Origin: Hemiscyllium ocellatum
Taxonomy: Eukaryota
Assembly (NCBI RefSeq): GCF_020745735.1
Contig: NC_083402.1
Location: 7,626,001 to 7,690,000, forward strand
Direction of reading: 5' to 3'
DNA: 64,000 nucleotides
The notes under the pieces were generated by a model. The model did no database searches. It saw nothing but the letters and a program-made list of their open reading frames with translations, and was not told the origin of the DNA. Below are positions 38,556 through 51,319 of this stretch, one piece after another; within the stretch, counting starts at the first letter, position 1; each line of letters begins with the position of its first letter. Position numbers and translations under genes: made by a program.

Positions 38556-39899
38556 CACTGCTCCGAAAAGGCATCATTTTCAATTTCTGTTACTTTACTT
38601 TCTCTTGCCACTCTTGTTCCAATTTTTTAAGCTTTAATGCTCTTTGAAATTTATTTCTTTCTCCTCCCTTTCTATCTCTTTCTCTACTCTTTGGAATTCT
38701 AATCTCCAATTTTCTCAATTCCATTTGCCTTCAAAGACCTTCAGAACTGACCCAAATGACATTGATTTGTAACTTAAACACAATACTTAGCAATTTATGA
38801 ACAATACAGTGACTGTAGCAGAGTGAAAATTCAACAAAATTAAAGAACACTGACACAAATACTGACAGATGAAAAAACACAGTTAAGGGATAAATAAAAT
38901 ACAATAACAAAACTGGCCAGATCATGCAAGTGGTTCTCATGATACTTTAGTTCCACAGGCAGAGATGATTGTTTCTTGGTTTGACTTTCTGGAGATATCA
39001 ATTAGGGCCAAAGTTTCAGCTCACTCCGATGAATTCAGTAATACTTGGAACTGAGTTTCTATTCTCTGAGCTTCCAATCAGTGCCAATGGAAGGTTATTC
39101 AGGGACCTTTCAAAACTTCATGCTTTTGCATCAAAACTCCTGCTCCCTTAAAACACAGACCAAAATCCAGTTCAAAACTGTGGACTTTCACTCTCACCCT
39201 GACCATCTCCCCACCAGGTCCCAGTTACCATTCAACATCTACCATCAGTTTGAGCAGAAGGTCCCCCCCAGAGCGGATTGACCGAGGTAATGACAAAAAA
39301 TTACTGATCAAGATCTCCTATCAGTTTAAACAGACTGCTCTCCCAGCTCACAGCTGTTCGATGGAATGGTTCTGATCAAGAAGCAATCTGCAAATAACTT
39401 CCCGGCCTGGCCTCACAAAGAAAGCAAAACTTGTTTGTCACCTTCAGCTCACATCTTTTTAATTCCCAGCTCCAAAGTAAAACTGATGAAATAAAAATAA
39501 TGAAGTATTAGTGAGGGTTATAACATCATGGACTGCAGCAGCTCGCTAGTACCTTTGTGACAACAATGTGGGACAGGTAACACCCGCTCACAACACCTAC
39601 ACCCAATGAACGAATAAAGGTTCAGCATGTTAAGGATGATATGAAGTAATCTGAACAGTAAATTAAGGCTCATGCAAATGGAACGTAAAGAACTCTGTTG
39701 GTCTTCGGTGGTGATCATGTTCTGCACAAGTTCTCCCCCCACCCTTCTTTTTCTCACTTTGACAGCACTTCCCTCTGTGGCTTCCTCCCTCAAGTGTCAA
39801 TCAAGCTTCCCCTTCAGTACAACAATGGTCACTGAGTCAACCACTTGGTGTATGAGCAGGTTCCACATCCTAACCACTCCCTGTGTTTTCCTGAATCCC

Positions 39900-41426
39900 T
39901 TGGTGGTTTGGTGGTGACTAAAAGATTTCCAGTTCCTGGTTTCAGGGTCCCTCCACATTTCCTGCTTGTCTGTACTATCTGACATCTCATAACTTTCACC
40001 GTCCCCATCAGTCAGCCTTCCTGATTCAGGAGCAGAGTCTGAAATTCTGCTCAGTCTTTCCTCTCCATGAATCCTCGCTGTGAATGCATCGTTTTTTGTA
40101 AAGACTTCCATTTTGCATTTTATAGTTTTTTCAAGACACTTTATTCCTTGTCTCTGCTGCATGATCTGGCTTTGTGACTCGTAATTGTAATCTGGGCTGT
40201 CCTCTCCATAATCCTCCTGACCATGTTCACACTCAGAGCAGTCAATCTCATTGCTCATTGTCAGAAATTCCTGAATCCTGAGGACAATATGGGTTTGGTT
40301 TCATCACCATCCATGGACTCTGTTTTGATTCATTCATGGCATCCAGTTGTCACTGGCTGGGCCAGCATTCATTATCCCTCCCGAATTGCCCAGAGGCCAC
40401 TGGGAAGTTACTCGCATTGTTGTGGGTCTGGAATCATATTTGAAGCAACCCTCCTCTAGCTTATTTCTCCATGCTTCAGGCTCTCTGCCTTTATTCCTGA
40501 TGAAGGGCTTTTGCCCGAAACGTTGATTTCGCTGCTCCTTGGATGCTGCCTGAACTACTGTGCTCTTCCAGCACCACTAATCCAGAATATGGTTTCCAGC
40601 ATCTGCAGTCATTGTTTTTACCTCAGTCCCATGACCTGTCTGACAGTCTGAAGCATCAGAATAGAAGTCCGATTTCCAACAAAGGTCGCCTCCCAGTAAA
40701 CCAAAATGCACCCTTCAAATAAAAATGCTCATTATTATTTGACCAATCCTGTGTGTGTTACTTTTGCATCGAAGAGGAAAGCAGAGCAAAGATTGAGCAG
40801 AGATCTTTCCATTTGTACAATTTTTGACAGAGTGGATAGAATGTTCCCTCTTGTTGTGAACTGCACAGTTGGAGACATCATAATAACGAGAGGTCACTTA
40901 TCATTGGGTTTAGACTGGATCTGGGCCAAAGGAAGGCTGAGGGAAGATTTGATTGAGGTGGTCAAAATCATGAGAGGTCAGGATAGCATGGAGAGAGAGA
41001 GACTGCTCCCATTCATGAAGCGATAAAAAACCAGAAGGCACTGTATGATGAAGGTTTATAAAATATTATTATTCATTCAGAATTTGTAGAGGGAAAATAG
41101 ATTTTACTTTTCAGTTCTGTGATAATGATGTCTTTCTTTTAAAAGAAGGGGCCAGAATGTCATTTGGAACAATGAAGTAAAGACAGCCTTTCTGAGAAAC
41201 TATGTCAATTAATCAAGTCGCCTCAGGAGTTAATTACTGAATATTTTCAAAGTTGGGTTTTAAGATCAGAATTAAGTGTCACTCACAGGTTGAGTTCAGA
41301 CCAATAGAAGTCATGCTAGGAGAAGTTGTTTTTTTTCTTAATTTTATAAAAGTCTCCAGCTGAGAGTTGGAAAGAAATCTCCAGACAATCAGTGCTGAAA
41401 ATAAATCTGAATCTGTTTCAACACAC
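39900..41426 (-). other. Candidate three-exon remnant of an unknown gene (41287-41426, about 40622-40712, about 39900-40280)
   Basis: Strong acceptor and gtgagt donor around an open 140-nt frame; acidic Tyr-containing frame DCSECEHGQEDYGEDSPDYNYESQ. No recognisable homology. Confidence 0.25.
40460..40622 (+). mobile_element. Short Penelope-derived repeat carrying a hammerhead-like core
   Basis: ctgatga a gggc tttt gccc gaaa cgtt at 40497-40524, followed by the gatgctgcctgaac...cagcatctgcag tail found in many other copies. Confidence 0.75.
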
Positions 41427-41639
41427 CTAGGAGGAGGGCTGGAAAGGGTCACTGTGTTAGTTTATGTCAACGTGTTTCATGGAGGGACAGAGAGAATCCT
41501 GCCTGGTGAATGTGTAAAAAGTCAGTGACATCCTTAAGTGGAGCTGACTGAAGTCCGTGTAGATTACATCAACTACATTACCCTCATCTATACACCTCAT
41601 CACCTCCAAGAAAAATTCAATCCAATCCAATTCAATCCA

Positions 41640-42950
41640 ATTCCTTTACAAAGCTATGCTGATTACCCTTGATTAACCCTTGTCTCTCCAAGTAAAGATT
41701 CATTCAGTCTCTCAGAATTGTTTCTAATCGTTTCCCCAGCATTGATGTTGTACTCACTGGCCTGTAGTTTCCTGGTTTATCACTACCACCCTTCTTGAAT
41801 AATGACACCTGTCCTTCAATCCTCTGGCACCCCTCCTGTGACCAGAGAGGATTTGGAAAGTGATATCAGAGCCCTTGCATTCTCCACCTGGGATACCATG
41901 TGGGCCTGGGGAATTAGCCACTTTCAAGTCTGTTAAAATCTCCATTGTCACTTCCATCTATATAATACTTTGTTTACATTTGGCGTGGTCTGTGTCCCTG
42001 ATTTCTGTACCAACATTGTACTTCTCTCTATCATGAATACCGACGTGAAAAACTCATTTGCAACTTCACCTAAGACTTGCAGCTCCACGCACCGATTGTA
42101 ATTTTGGTTCCTAATAGACCCCATGCTTTCTCTGGTTCTTCTCCTGCCCCTAACATATATTACAATCCCTTAGACTCTCTTTAACATTATTCAACAGTTT
42201 CTTTCCCTGACCAGACTTTGCTCTCCTAGTTTCTTCATTAAGTAACCCCCTGTACTTTCTACACCCTTGAGGCTATCCAGTGTTTTCAGAGCTCAGTAAC
42301 TCCCATAAGCTTCCTTTTTTCCCTTTTCTAATCAAGTTGGTACATAATGCCCTGAATTTGCATCACAGGTAGACAGTGTGGTTAAGAAGACAATGAATAT
42401 GCTTGCTCTCATAGCTCAGATCTTTGAGTGGATGAGTTGGGACGTCTGTTGAGGTTGTCCAGGATGTTGGTGACTCCTCTTCTGGAGTACTGTGTATCAT
42501 CCTGGCTGTCCGGTTGGATTGTGTTTGGCATGGAGCGTTTGAGTCATAAACGTTGGGTCTTTTTTCACTGGAGCACAGGAGGTTGAAGGGTGCCCTTACA
42601 GAGGTTTCTAAAACCATAAGGGGCATACATAATCGAATAGCAAGAGTTTTTCCCAAGGGTGTAGGAGTTCAAATCTAGGGGGCATTTTTTTAAGTTGAGA
42701 GAAGGAAGATTTAAAATTACACAGGATAAACATTTTCACACAGAGGGTGGCACTTGTGTGGAACTAACTGCCAGAGGAAATGGTGGACATATATACAGTT
42801 ACAACATTTAAAAGACATTTGGATATCTGCATAAATAGGATGGATATGAGCCAAATGTAAGCAAGTCGGATGAGTTTAGTTTGAGAACCCGGTCAGTGTG
42901 GACTGATTGGACCAAATAGTCTGTTTCCATGCTGTATGTTGTTGTGTCAC
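41640..42950. mobile_element. CR1 LINE fragments (- 41640-42330, + 42370-42950)
   Basis: LKVANSPGPHGI and INQETTGQ on -; CR1 3' end on +. Confidence 0.72.
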
Positions 42951-43199
42951 CATAACCTGACCAGATCAGAGGGACTGTTTTCTCATTAGAGAGAAGCAGC
43001 TGCTGGTGGTTTAACCTGAGGGTCACCAGACCTCAGGCAAGGGAAGAGATTGAGAAGGAGAGCCCTTCGTGGTAACCTCAAGCCAGTGATGGGAATTAAA
43101 CCCAGGCTGTTCACATCATACTGTTTTATAAACCAACAATCCAGCCAACTGAGCTAAACCAACTCTCTGGCTCTATGACCTTATAACTCTGCATCATTC

Positions 43200-44090
43200 C
43201 TCTTTTGTAGCAATTGACTCATTGGTCAATGTTGTAACACCATCTCGCCTTTTATATTACCTCCCCCCCAACCCCCCCCACCCCCCCAACCTCTACATGT
43301 CTCATCTGACAGTTCTATAGCCTGGAACATGGTGCTGCCAATCCTGCCCCACTCTCAACCATGTCTCTGCGATCATAATATCACATCTCCACTCATTAAT
43401 CTACACCCTCAGCTCATCTGCCTTACTCACAAGTAAATGCCACCCAGCCATGCTCCCTTATGCCCTCACTTGATGATGTTCACACTGATTTCTGGACATA
43501 CTTGGTTTGTCTTTTCAGGCCAGTTAGCCCAGTTCGCTGGACAGTTGGTTTGCAGTGTGGAGTGATGTTAACAATGTGGGTTTAATTTCCATACTGTCTG
43601 AGGGGATCGTGAAGGTCCCACCTTCTCAACCGTGTCCCTTGTCTGAGGCAGAGTGACCCTCAGGTTAAATCACCACCAGTCATCTGTCTCCAATGAGACA
43701 GCAGTTCTCTGGGACTATAACAAATTTATTTTTTTACTTTAGTTCTCCTTCTTCAAGTCTCTGTGTATCACTTCCAGCCCCTGTAATACTTCCACTGTGT
43801 ACCCCATCCCTCTGCTACGCCTGATGAATGAGCCAGGTTGCTGAAGGCTGGCTCAGTAATAGAGTAGAAGGTGATGGGAAATAGAAAAGGTTCTGCAGGG
43901 AGGGCCCTGAGTCCTGCTCTTCAGATCACTCTGGGTCTCCTGGAAACTCTCAGGCACCAAAACCTCTCATCAACCAACAGCAACAAACACCCACAGTCTC
44001 ACCTCAGGATGTTTACAAACCACCTGAAGCTGTCTGTGGTGTTCCAGTCTGTAGTTCATTCCACACTGTCTCAGATCTGTTTCTAAACCA
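43200..44090 (+). repeat. Inverted orphan copy of the V-exon upstream module, no V exon following
   Basis: Reverse complement of about 22270-23150; homology stops near 44090, where Penelope/CR1 pieces begin. Confidence 0.85.
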
Positions 44091-44536
44091 TGATTGTATA
44101 ATACTAAATACAAAGACAAAGCGAGGACTGCAGAAACTGGAGGTCAGAGTCGAAAAGCACAGCAGGTCAGGCAGTATCTGAGGAGCAGGATAATCGACAG
44201 GTTCAGAGTGATGTGCTTGTTGATAGAGTCTGTGGATGGGTGCCATGCTTCTAGAAATTCTCTGGCTGTCCTCTGTTTAGCTTGTCCTATAAACGTGAAT
44301 GAAACAACGTCATTCTGAGTTTGACACAACAAGATGGAGAGATGCAGAGGAGATTCACCAGGATGTTACCTGGAGATAGAGCACTTTAGCGATGAAGAGA
44401 GGCTGCATAAGCTCAGGTTGTTTTCTTTGAAGCAGAGAAGCCTGAGGAGGGGCCTGATAGAGGTGGATAAGTTGATGAGGGCCATGGACAGTGTGGGCAG
44501 AAAGCATCTGCTTCCCTGAGTTGAAGGGTCAGTAAC

Positions 44537-46849
44537 TGTTGTGTCTGTAGTTGGTGTGCTGCTCCTGTAAGAGAGTTGGTCGGGTGACTCACAGGGTGAA
44601 GAGCATTGGGCTCAGACTAGAGCTGCCTATGGAGGTGTGAGCATTGTCAATAAAGGGTGCCTGTGCCTTCCTTGTGTAAAATTCCTGGTTTCCAGTGAGT
44701 TACAAACTTAACAAGTAACAGCCAGTGTGGATCAGACCCACAATCTGTCCACAATCACCATTTATTACCCCCAGACAGGATGATGTCTGGATTTTGTAAA
44801 TTTTGATAACATCGAGGGAAGTGGAAACGAGGGGTCTCCAGCTGTGGTCTGTGCCAGGGAAGAACAGTACACACCGGGCAGTGAGCCGAGAGCAATGGTT
44901 GTGAGGGGACTCAGGCCAATGGCTGAAGAAGAGAGTATGCACTCGGGAGCTACTGAAACTCCCATCATTCCAGTCTTAGAAACAGATGGCACAGTGAGGA
45001 TTGGTGGTGATTTTCACACTCAACCCAGCCCTGAGAGCAGATCAATACTCACTTCCACTCACTGACATCCTTATAAGTGTCCTGGCTGGGAAAAAGAAAT
45101 GTTCTTAAATAGATCTTTCTCAATCCTCCTTGCAGATGGGGGTCACGAAGGGATCCCAGCCGTTACTGACAATACTAACCCACAGGGGACTATTCCACTA
45201 CTTTTGGCATCATGTCAGCACTTGCTCTGTTGCAGAGGGCCATGCATCTATGTTAAGAGTTCAAAGAGTCCAGTGTTATCTGGAGGATGGTTTGATGACT
45301 GAGTCCTACAAAAAAGAGCATTTGATAAATTGAGAGGGAACACTGAAAAGATTGTAAGAGCACAGCCTGCATTTAAAAAGCAGAAAATGTGAGATTTTTA
45401 AAAACTGTGTAGAGGAACCAGGCCATGAAATTGATGGTGAGGGACCACACACGGCACCCAAACAGATGATGGCAGAGGATTCACATCAATTTCACGGGAT
45501 CAATAATGGGACGGATGTTCCTGTTCATTGTGGATGCCCAATCCAACATATCCAAGGTGACAGTCATGAAGTTGGTATCAGCAGAAACATCAATAGGCTG
45601 ATGAAATGTTGGAATTCATTTGTGTGATGTGGGCGTCTCTGCCTGGCCAGTATTCATTGCCCTTCCCTAGTGACACCGGAGAAGGTGGGGCTGAGCTGGC
45701 TTCGTGAACTGCATCAGTCCGTGTGCTGTAGGTTGAGCCACAATGCCATTAGGGAGGGAGTTCCAGGATTTTAACTCAGCAGCAGTGAAGGAATAGCAAT
45801 ATATTTCCAAGTCAGGATGGTGAGGGGTTTGGAGAGGAATTGCAGGGGGTGGTGTTCCCATGTGATTGCTGCCCTTGTCCTTCCAGATGGAACTGGTTGT
45901 GGGTTTGGAAAGTGCATGTGAGGATCTTTGGGGAATTGCTGCAGTGCATCTTGTAGACAGTACACACTGCTGCTACTGAACATCAGTGGTGGAGGGAGTG
46001 GATACTTGTGGATATGGTGCCTATCAAATGGGCTGCTTTGTCCTGGATGGTGTCAAGCTTTTCGAGTGTTGTTGGAGCTGCACCCACCCAGAGAAGCTTG
46101 AAGTATTCCATGACACTCTAGGCTTGTGCCTTGTAGATGATGGACAGGCTTTGGGGAGTCAGGAGGTGAGTTACTTGTTACAATATTCCTCATCTCCTCT
46201 TATAGCCATTGTTTTTCTGATGAGTCCAGTTGAGCTTCTGTTCAATGCTAACTCATAGGATGTTGATAGTGGGAGATTCAGTGACGGGAACCCTATTGAA
46301 TGATAGGGGTCTTTCAATAGATTGTCTCTGCTTCAGTATTTGAGGATTTGTAAAAGATGCTAAAGACTATACAATCACCAGGTAAGATCCCCACTTCTGA
46401 CCTTATGATGGAAGAAGGTCATTGATGAAACAGCTGAAGATATTTAGGCCTGAGGGAATGTCCTGAGGAACTCCTGCAGAGATGAGATAACTAATATCCA
46501 GTAACCACCATCTTCTTCCTTTGTACCAGGTATAACTCGAACCAAAGGAGAGTTTGACCCCTGACTCCCATTGATTTTTTTTCTGGAATTCCTCCATGCC
46601 ACACTCGTTTGAATCCAGCCTTGATAGGGTTTGTTTAAAATAAAGGGTAAGGGGTGTTATGTACCTGGTTGGATGCTGACCCTTTAAGAAAGCTGGTTCG
46701 GTGACTTGCAGGGTGTGGTGCCAGGGGCTCAGTAAGGAGACAGTTGTGGAGGTGTGAGCATCATCAATGAAGTGTTCCTGTCCAAAATTTTACCTCTGCC
46801 TCCCTAATGTGGAATTTCGGGTTCCCAGTGAATTACGAACTTCACAACA
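44537..46849 (+). mobile_element. Internally deleted Gypsy LTR element with two short LTRs, nested in a CR1 3' end
   Basis: Related LTRs 44537-44713 (tgttgtg...aaca) and 46655-46849 (tgttatg...aaca). Purine tract aaagggtaagggg precedes the 3' LTR. pol remnant PIIPVLETDGTVRIGGDF. A LINE piece is inserted at about 45650-46630. Confidence 0.72.
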
Positions 46850-48960
46850 ACAAAATGGCATAACTTTAATATGAAAGGTAGGAGGTTCAGAGGGAGTTTC
46901 AGGCAAAATGTTTTCACTCAGAGGGTGGTGGGATTCTGGAGTGCATTGCCTGGGACTTTACTAGATGCAGGAAGCCTCACAGGCTTTATAAAGTATTTGG
47001 ATGAACACATGAAATGTCATGACGTCAAAGCCTCTTTGCTTAGTATGGGAAAGTGAAACTTGTGATTAAGTATGAGGGATCTCAGGAAAACATATGAAAT
47101 TTTAGCAAAGACTAGACACGGTAAATGCAAGAAAAATGTTCCCGATAACTGAGGAGTAAAGAACCAAGGGGTCACTGGATAAGGATATGGGGTAGGTCAT
47201 TTAGGACAGAGATGAAGGAGAAATTCATTTACTCACAGAAGGCATAAGGAATACATTACTACAAAAACCAGTTGAGGCCAAAACATTGAATACTTTAAGA
47301 AGGAGTTAGATCGAGTCCTTCAGACTAAAGAGTATAGTAAGAAAACCAGAACAAGGTCCTGAGTTGGACAATCAGTAACGATCAGATTGAAAGGTGAAAC
47401 ATGCTTAAAGGGCTGAATGGCCTCTTCCAGCTCCTATTTTCTATGTTAACAAATGCCTTCTGGAAATATAAGCTCAATGTATCCACATGTTGTCCTTTAT
47501 CTGCAGTACATTTCATTTTCACAAAGTGACCTGCTATAACGTCTTCAATCTTAATTTCGAGCATTTTCACTCTGATAGATAAACAAACTGATCTGTTGTT
47601 TTCTACTTTCTGCCTTCTTCCCTTTTTGAACAAATGACTTACATTCACTATTCTTGAAAGGAATGGGACATCCTCTGAACCTCGAGAACTTTGGGAATTT
47701 AAAGCAATTGGTCAACTTTCCCAGCAGCGACACCTTAAAGACCCAAGATCCCCTCCATCAGGGACCCGGGAAGTTGCCAGCCCACAGCTTCAATGATTAA
47801 CTCAGTGTCATTTCTCTGGGGATTGTAATTTTCTTGCAGATACAAAAATTATTTGAATTCATCTGCCATTCCCATGATTAATTCTGCAGACTGACTCATG
47901 TTGTATTTGGTTCTAAAGTCTTCATAGAAATACATATTTCGACATGATTTTCTCACTTACATTAATTTTTCCCTCTTTGTACATCTTGGAGCCATTGATT
48001 CCTGTGCCTTTTATATTCTGTTCAATCTTCAGACCTGTTCCTTTGCTTTGTGTAATTATTTCCTTTTCCTTTCATTTCAATACTTCATTTCTTTTTGCGT
48101 TTCCCTCCAAATGCTGGGTCCTGCCCCTTGCCATTTCTCTTTCTCATTGGAATATTTACCCCCTTTAATATCTGCCACTATATCCATTGATCATTCCCTT
48201 CACCTCATTTATCAGTTCAATTCAACTCATTCTGCTTTCATACTCTCATAATTATCCTTATTTTAGTTTAACGTAACAGTCTTGGATCCATGGTTTCCTC
48301 CCTAAAACTGTAAAATTCAGTCATATTAGTATCATTGCTACCTCGGGGTATCTCTGTTTTCATTTTCTTAATTAATCTTATCTTATTGCAGAATAACAAG
48401 TCTTGAAGGCTCTGATGTACTTTTGGCTCCAGAATGTGCTGTTTGAAGAAATGAATCCAAACATATTCAAAGTACTCCTCATCTGGACTACCTTTACCCA
48501 TCTACATTTATCTGGGTTTCTGCATTTGGAAATTCCATGTCATTGCTTGTGGGTTTTGTGGGTCATTGTGTGGCTGATGAACATAATCCTGCAACCGCTA
48601 ATCCTTCCACACTTTTGGAATTTATCCTTGGCCACCGGGTCACTGGTATTCCTTTTTCTGGTTCCTTTTCCATACTTCCTCTTTTCTATCAGTATTTTAA
48701 AAGAATTGTATCCCTTCATACAAGAGCTGCCTTCAAGTTGGTTGAAAATATCTTGTGCATGAATGGCTGTGGAGGCCTTGTTTTGTGGTTGCATTTTGCC
48801 TTGTTCCTGTTTTTGCTCCCAAAGTGGATGATCTCATACTTAACCACATTATACTTCAACTACAATATATTTGCACACTCACTGAACTGATCCAAATTGC
48901 ACTAAAGTATCTGTATCCTCTTCATAGTTTACCCTCTAGCCCAACTCGGAGTATTTAATA
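46850..48960. mobile_element. CR1-clade LINE remnants
   Basis: 3' ends on + (46850-47450); APE remnant on - (FFKQHILEPKVHQSLQDLLFCN). Confidence 0.65.
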
Positions 48961-49368
48961 TTATTCATTTCCAGTTTGCGATTTTGTTTTTTAAGTGAGT
49001 AACATGTAGATTTTCTGTGTCTTGTCACTGTACCAGTGAAAAGCTTTGGGTATGATGAAAAAGCTTTTCATTGAATTTAATTTGTAAAAGAGTGTTTTGA
49101 CAGAAATGGAATTATATTTGTTGCATACTTTTTAAAAATCTTTGGGTTTGTGTCAGAAGTAGACAGTTTTGTTTATTTTATTTTGTCATTTTTATTCTGA
49201 ATAAACTTGTGTTTTATTATTAAAGCAATACATGCAGCATTATGTGCTTAACTTTCACAGAGAGAACATTTCATTGGAAACCAAGAATAATCTAAATATA
49301 ATCTAGCAAGCCAGGTTCCACGTCTGAGATCTGATTTGTCAGTAATAACATCAGCTGGGATTATAACA
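48955..49368 (+). mobile_element. Probable LTR 3' remnant of another family
   Basis: aataaa followed by the terminal ...cagctgggattataaca, an LTR-like end. Confidence 0.35.
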
Positions 49369-51089
49369 ATATTAATACCTTTCCATCTTAATTTGTCTCT
49401 GCTCTTTTACTGAACACATATTCCTACATTTGACGCCTCACCCCAGTAATTATTTTAAAACAGTGCAATCTGACTTGGTCAATTACTGATCTTGGACTGA
49501 GCTGTGTAGGATATTCTTGAGTAAATGGTTTAGGTACTACATTAGATTCTGGAGATCTTTGTGTCTGACTGTGCGATATGTATATATTGTTGATAAGGGA
49601 CAGCTTCATTTGAGACATTTCCAGTTGTGGAGAGAATGTAACAGATTTGTTCATCACTTACCAAAATATTTACTGATCATTTTTGTCTCTTTAGGGAGTT
49701 CACAGGCAAATCGAGCACACTCCACCTTTGAAAAGGTCGAGTAATTAGTGATTGATACAAGGGTAGTGCTAGAGAGGCTCTGGTTCAGAGATGAATTGAA
49801 TATCTCTTACTGAATGCAGCTTCCTGCTGATGAGCTGCTAACGTGGTTTGTCCTTTTAGGAAACTGCTCAAACACTCAGAGTGGGAAAGTGATCTCCATA
49901 AACCATGACAGGTTAATAAATTCTCAACAGAATTTGTTAATTTCTAGCTGTATGCAAATCTCTAGCTCCAGATTCACCTGTGATCTCCCTTCCCCAAATT
50001 AACCTGCAATTCACCTCCGTGGAAAACTAAACTATTGCTCATTTTTATTACCATGCATACTCTGAATTGTAATTAATGTTTTATGAAGGAAATAATTGAA
50101 ATGTTATCATTTGCTGAGTATAAAATGGAAGTTTTTATGAAACCTATTACTTCCTCTTTTGCTCTCCAAGCAGCTGAATTTCCATTGGGTGTGGATGTGA
50201 TTTGTGCATCATCCTCCACTTCCCAAGATTTCCAAGCCTTGTAACTTCCTCCAAATTTGCAGCAGATGGGAGGCCCCTGCAGGAACTTTCCCCTCATCTC
50301 CAACACCCTCCCTCCCTGCCCTGTGACTAGTTGCTCCAAGCTGATCCAGAGCTGCCTGGAATGATCTGTCACTGTGGTTCCTGACAGTGTCTGCACAGCC
50401 CTCTCTGTGTTACACCTGCTGACTACAACTTGGTAGGCAAGGCAAGGCTGTTTATGGTGACCACTTTTTCAAGGCTGACATGGGTGATTTGAAAATCTTT
50501 TAAATTTAATTTCTAGATGTGAGCATCTCTTGTTGGGTCAGCATTTATCCTTAGTTGCCCTTGAGAAGTTGATGGTCAGCTGCCTTTATGAAACACTGCA
50601 GTCCGTGTGTAATAGGTCGAGCCACAGAAGGGAGGGAACTCCAGGGTTTTGATCCAGCAACAGTTCCCCACCACCTTCTCATGGACAGCTAGGAGCAGCC
50701 AGCCAGACCCATGACCTGTGAGGGAATAAGCAAAAAGATAGGATTCTTGTTACTGGGATGATGCCATTAGCTTCCTCTGAATACTTATGTTCCTTGTGTG
50801 TTTTTCAGGAATGATCCAGGGCCATCCAGTATTCCCAAGACAAATCAGGCCCAGCAAGCGTCTGCTCCAGGTACTGGCTGTACTCAAACTGACCAATCAC
50901 CATCCATTTCAGACACTGTAACAGAGAGAGTGTGAAGCATCAACACAGGGGGATTCTGCTCCACAGGTTACGGATTGATAAAGGTATCTTGAAGAAAGCT
51001 ATTCTCTGGGCAGTTTGCAGATGTCATTGGCTTGGCAGTTCTTCTCTAAACTGTTCAATTTTCCCTGGTCTTTTCACGTCAAAGCATCA

Positions 51090-51311
51090 GATTGTATCAT
51101 TGGCTTTTCAGAATGTCAATATACGAAATTCAAACTGGATTAGAGTTTGTTTTATTTGGGTATAATTTGGCCTAATTCAAATCTAATTCAAACCCTAGCT
51201 ACCCCAATAGCTGGACCACATGTTATGTTGTATCTTACTGAGAACACTCAGTGCTGTGACTACTAGCTTTTAACTCTCTTAAAGGTACAGTATATCCATA
51301 GCTTCATAACA
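51090..51311 (-). mobile_element. Partial LTR of the Gmr1-type family
   Basis: ctctcttaaaggtacagta...cttcataaca end matches 16420-16458 and 56235-56274. Confidence 0.6.
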
Positions 51312-51319
51312 ATACACCA

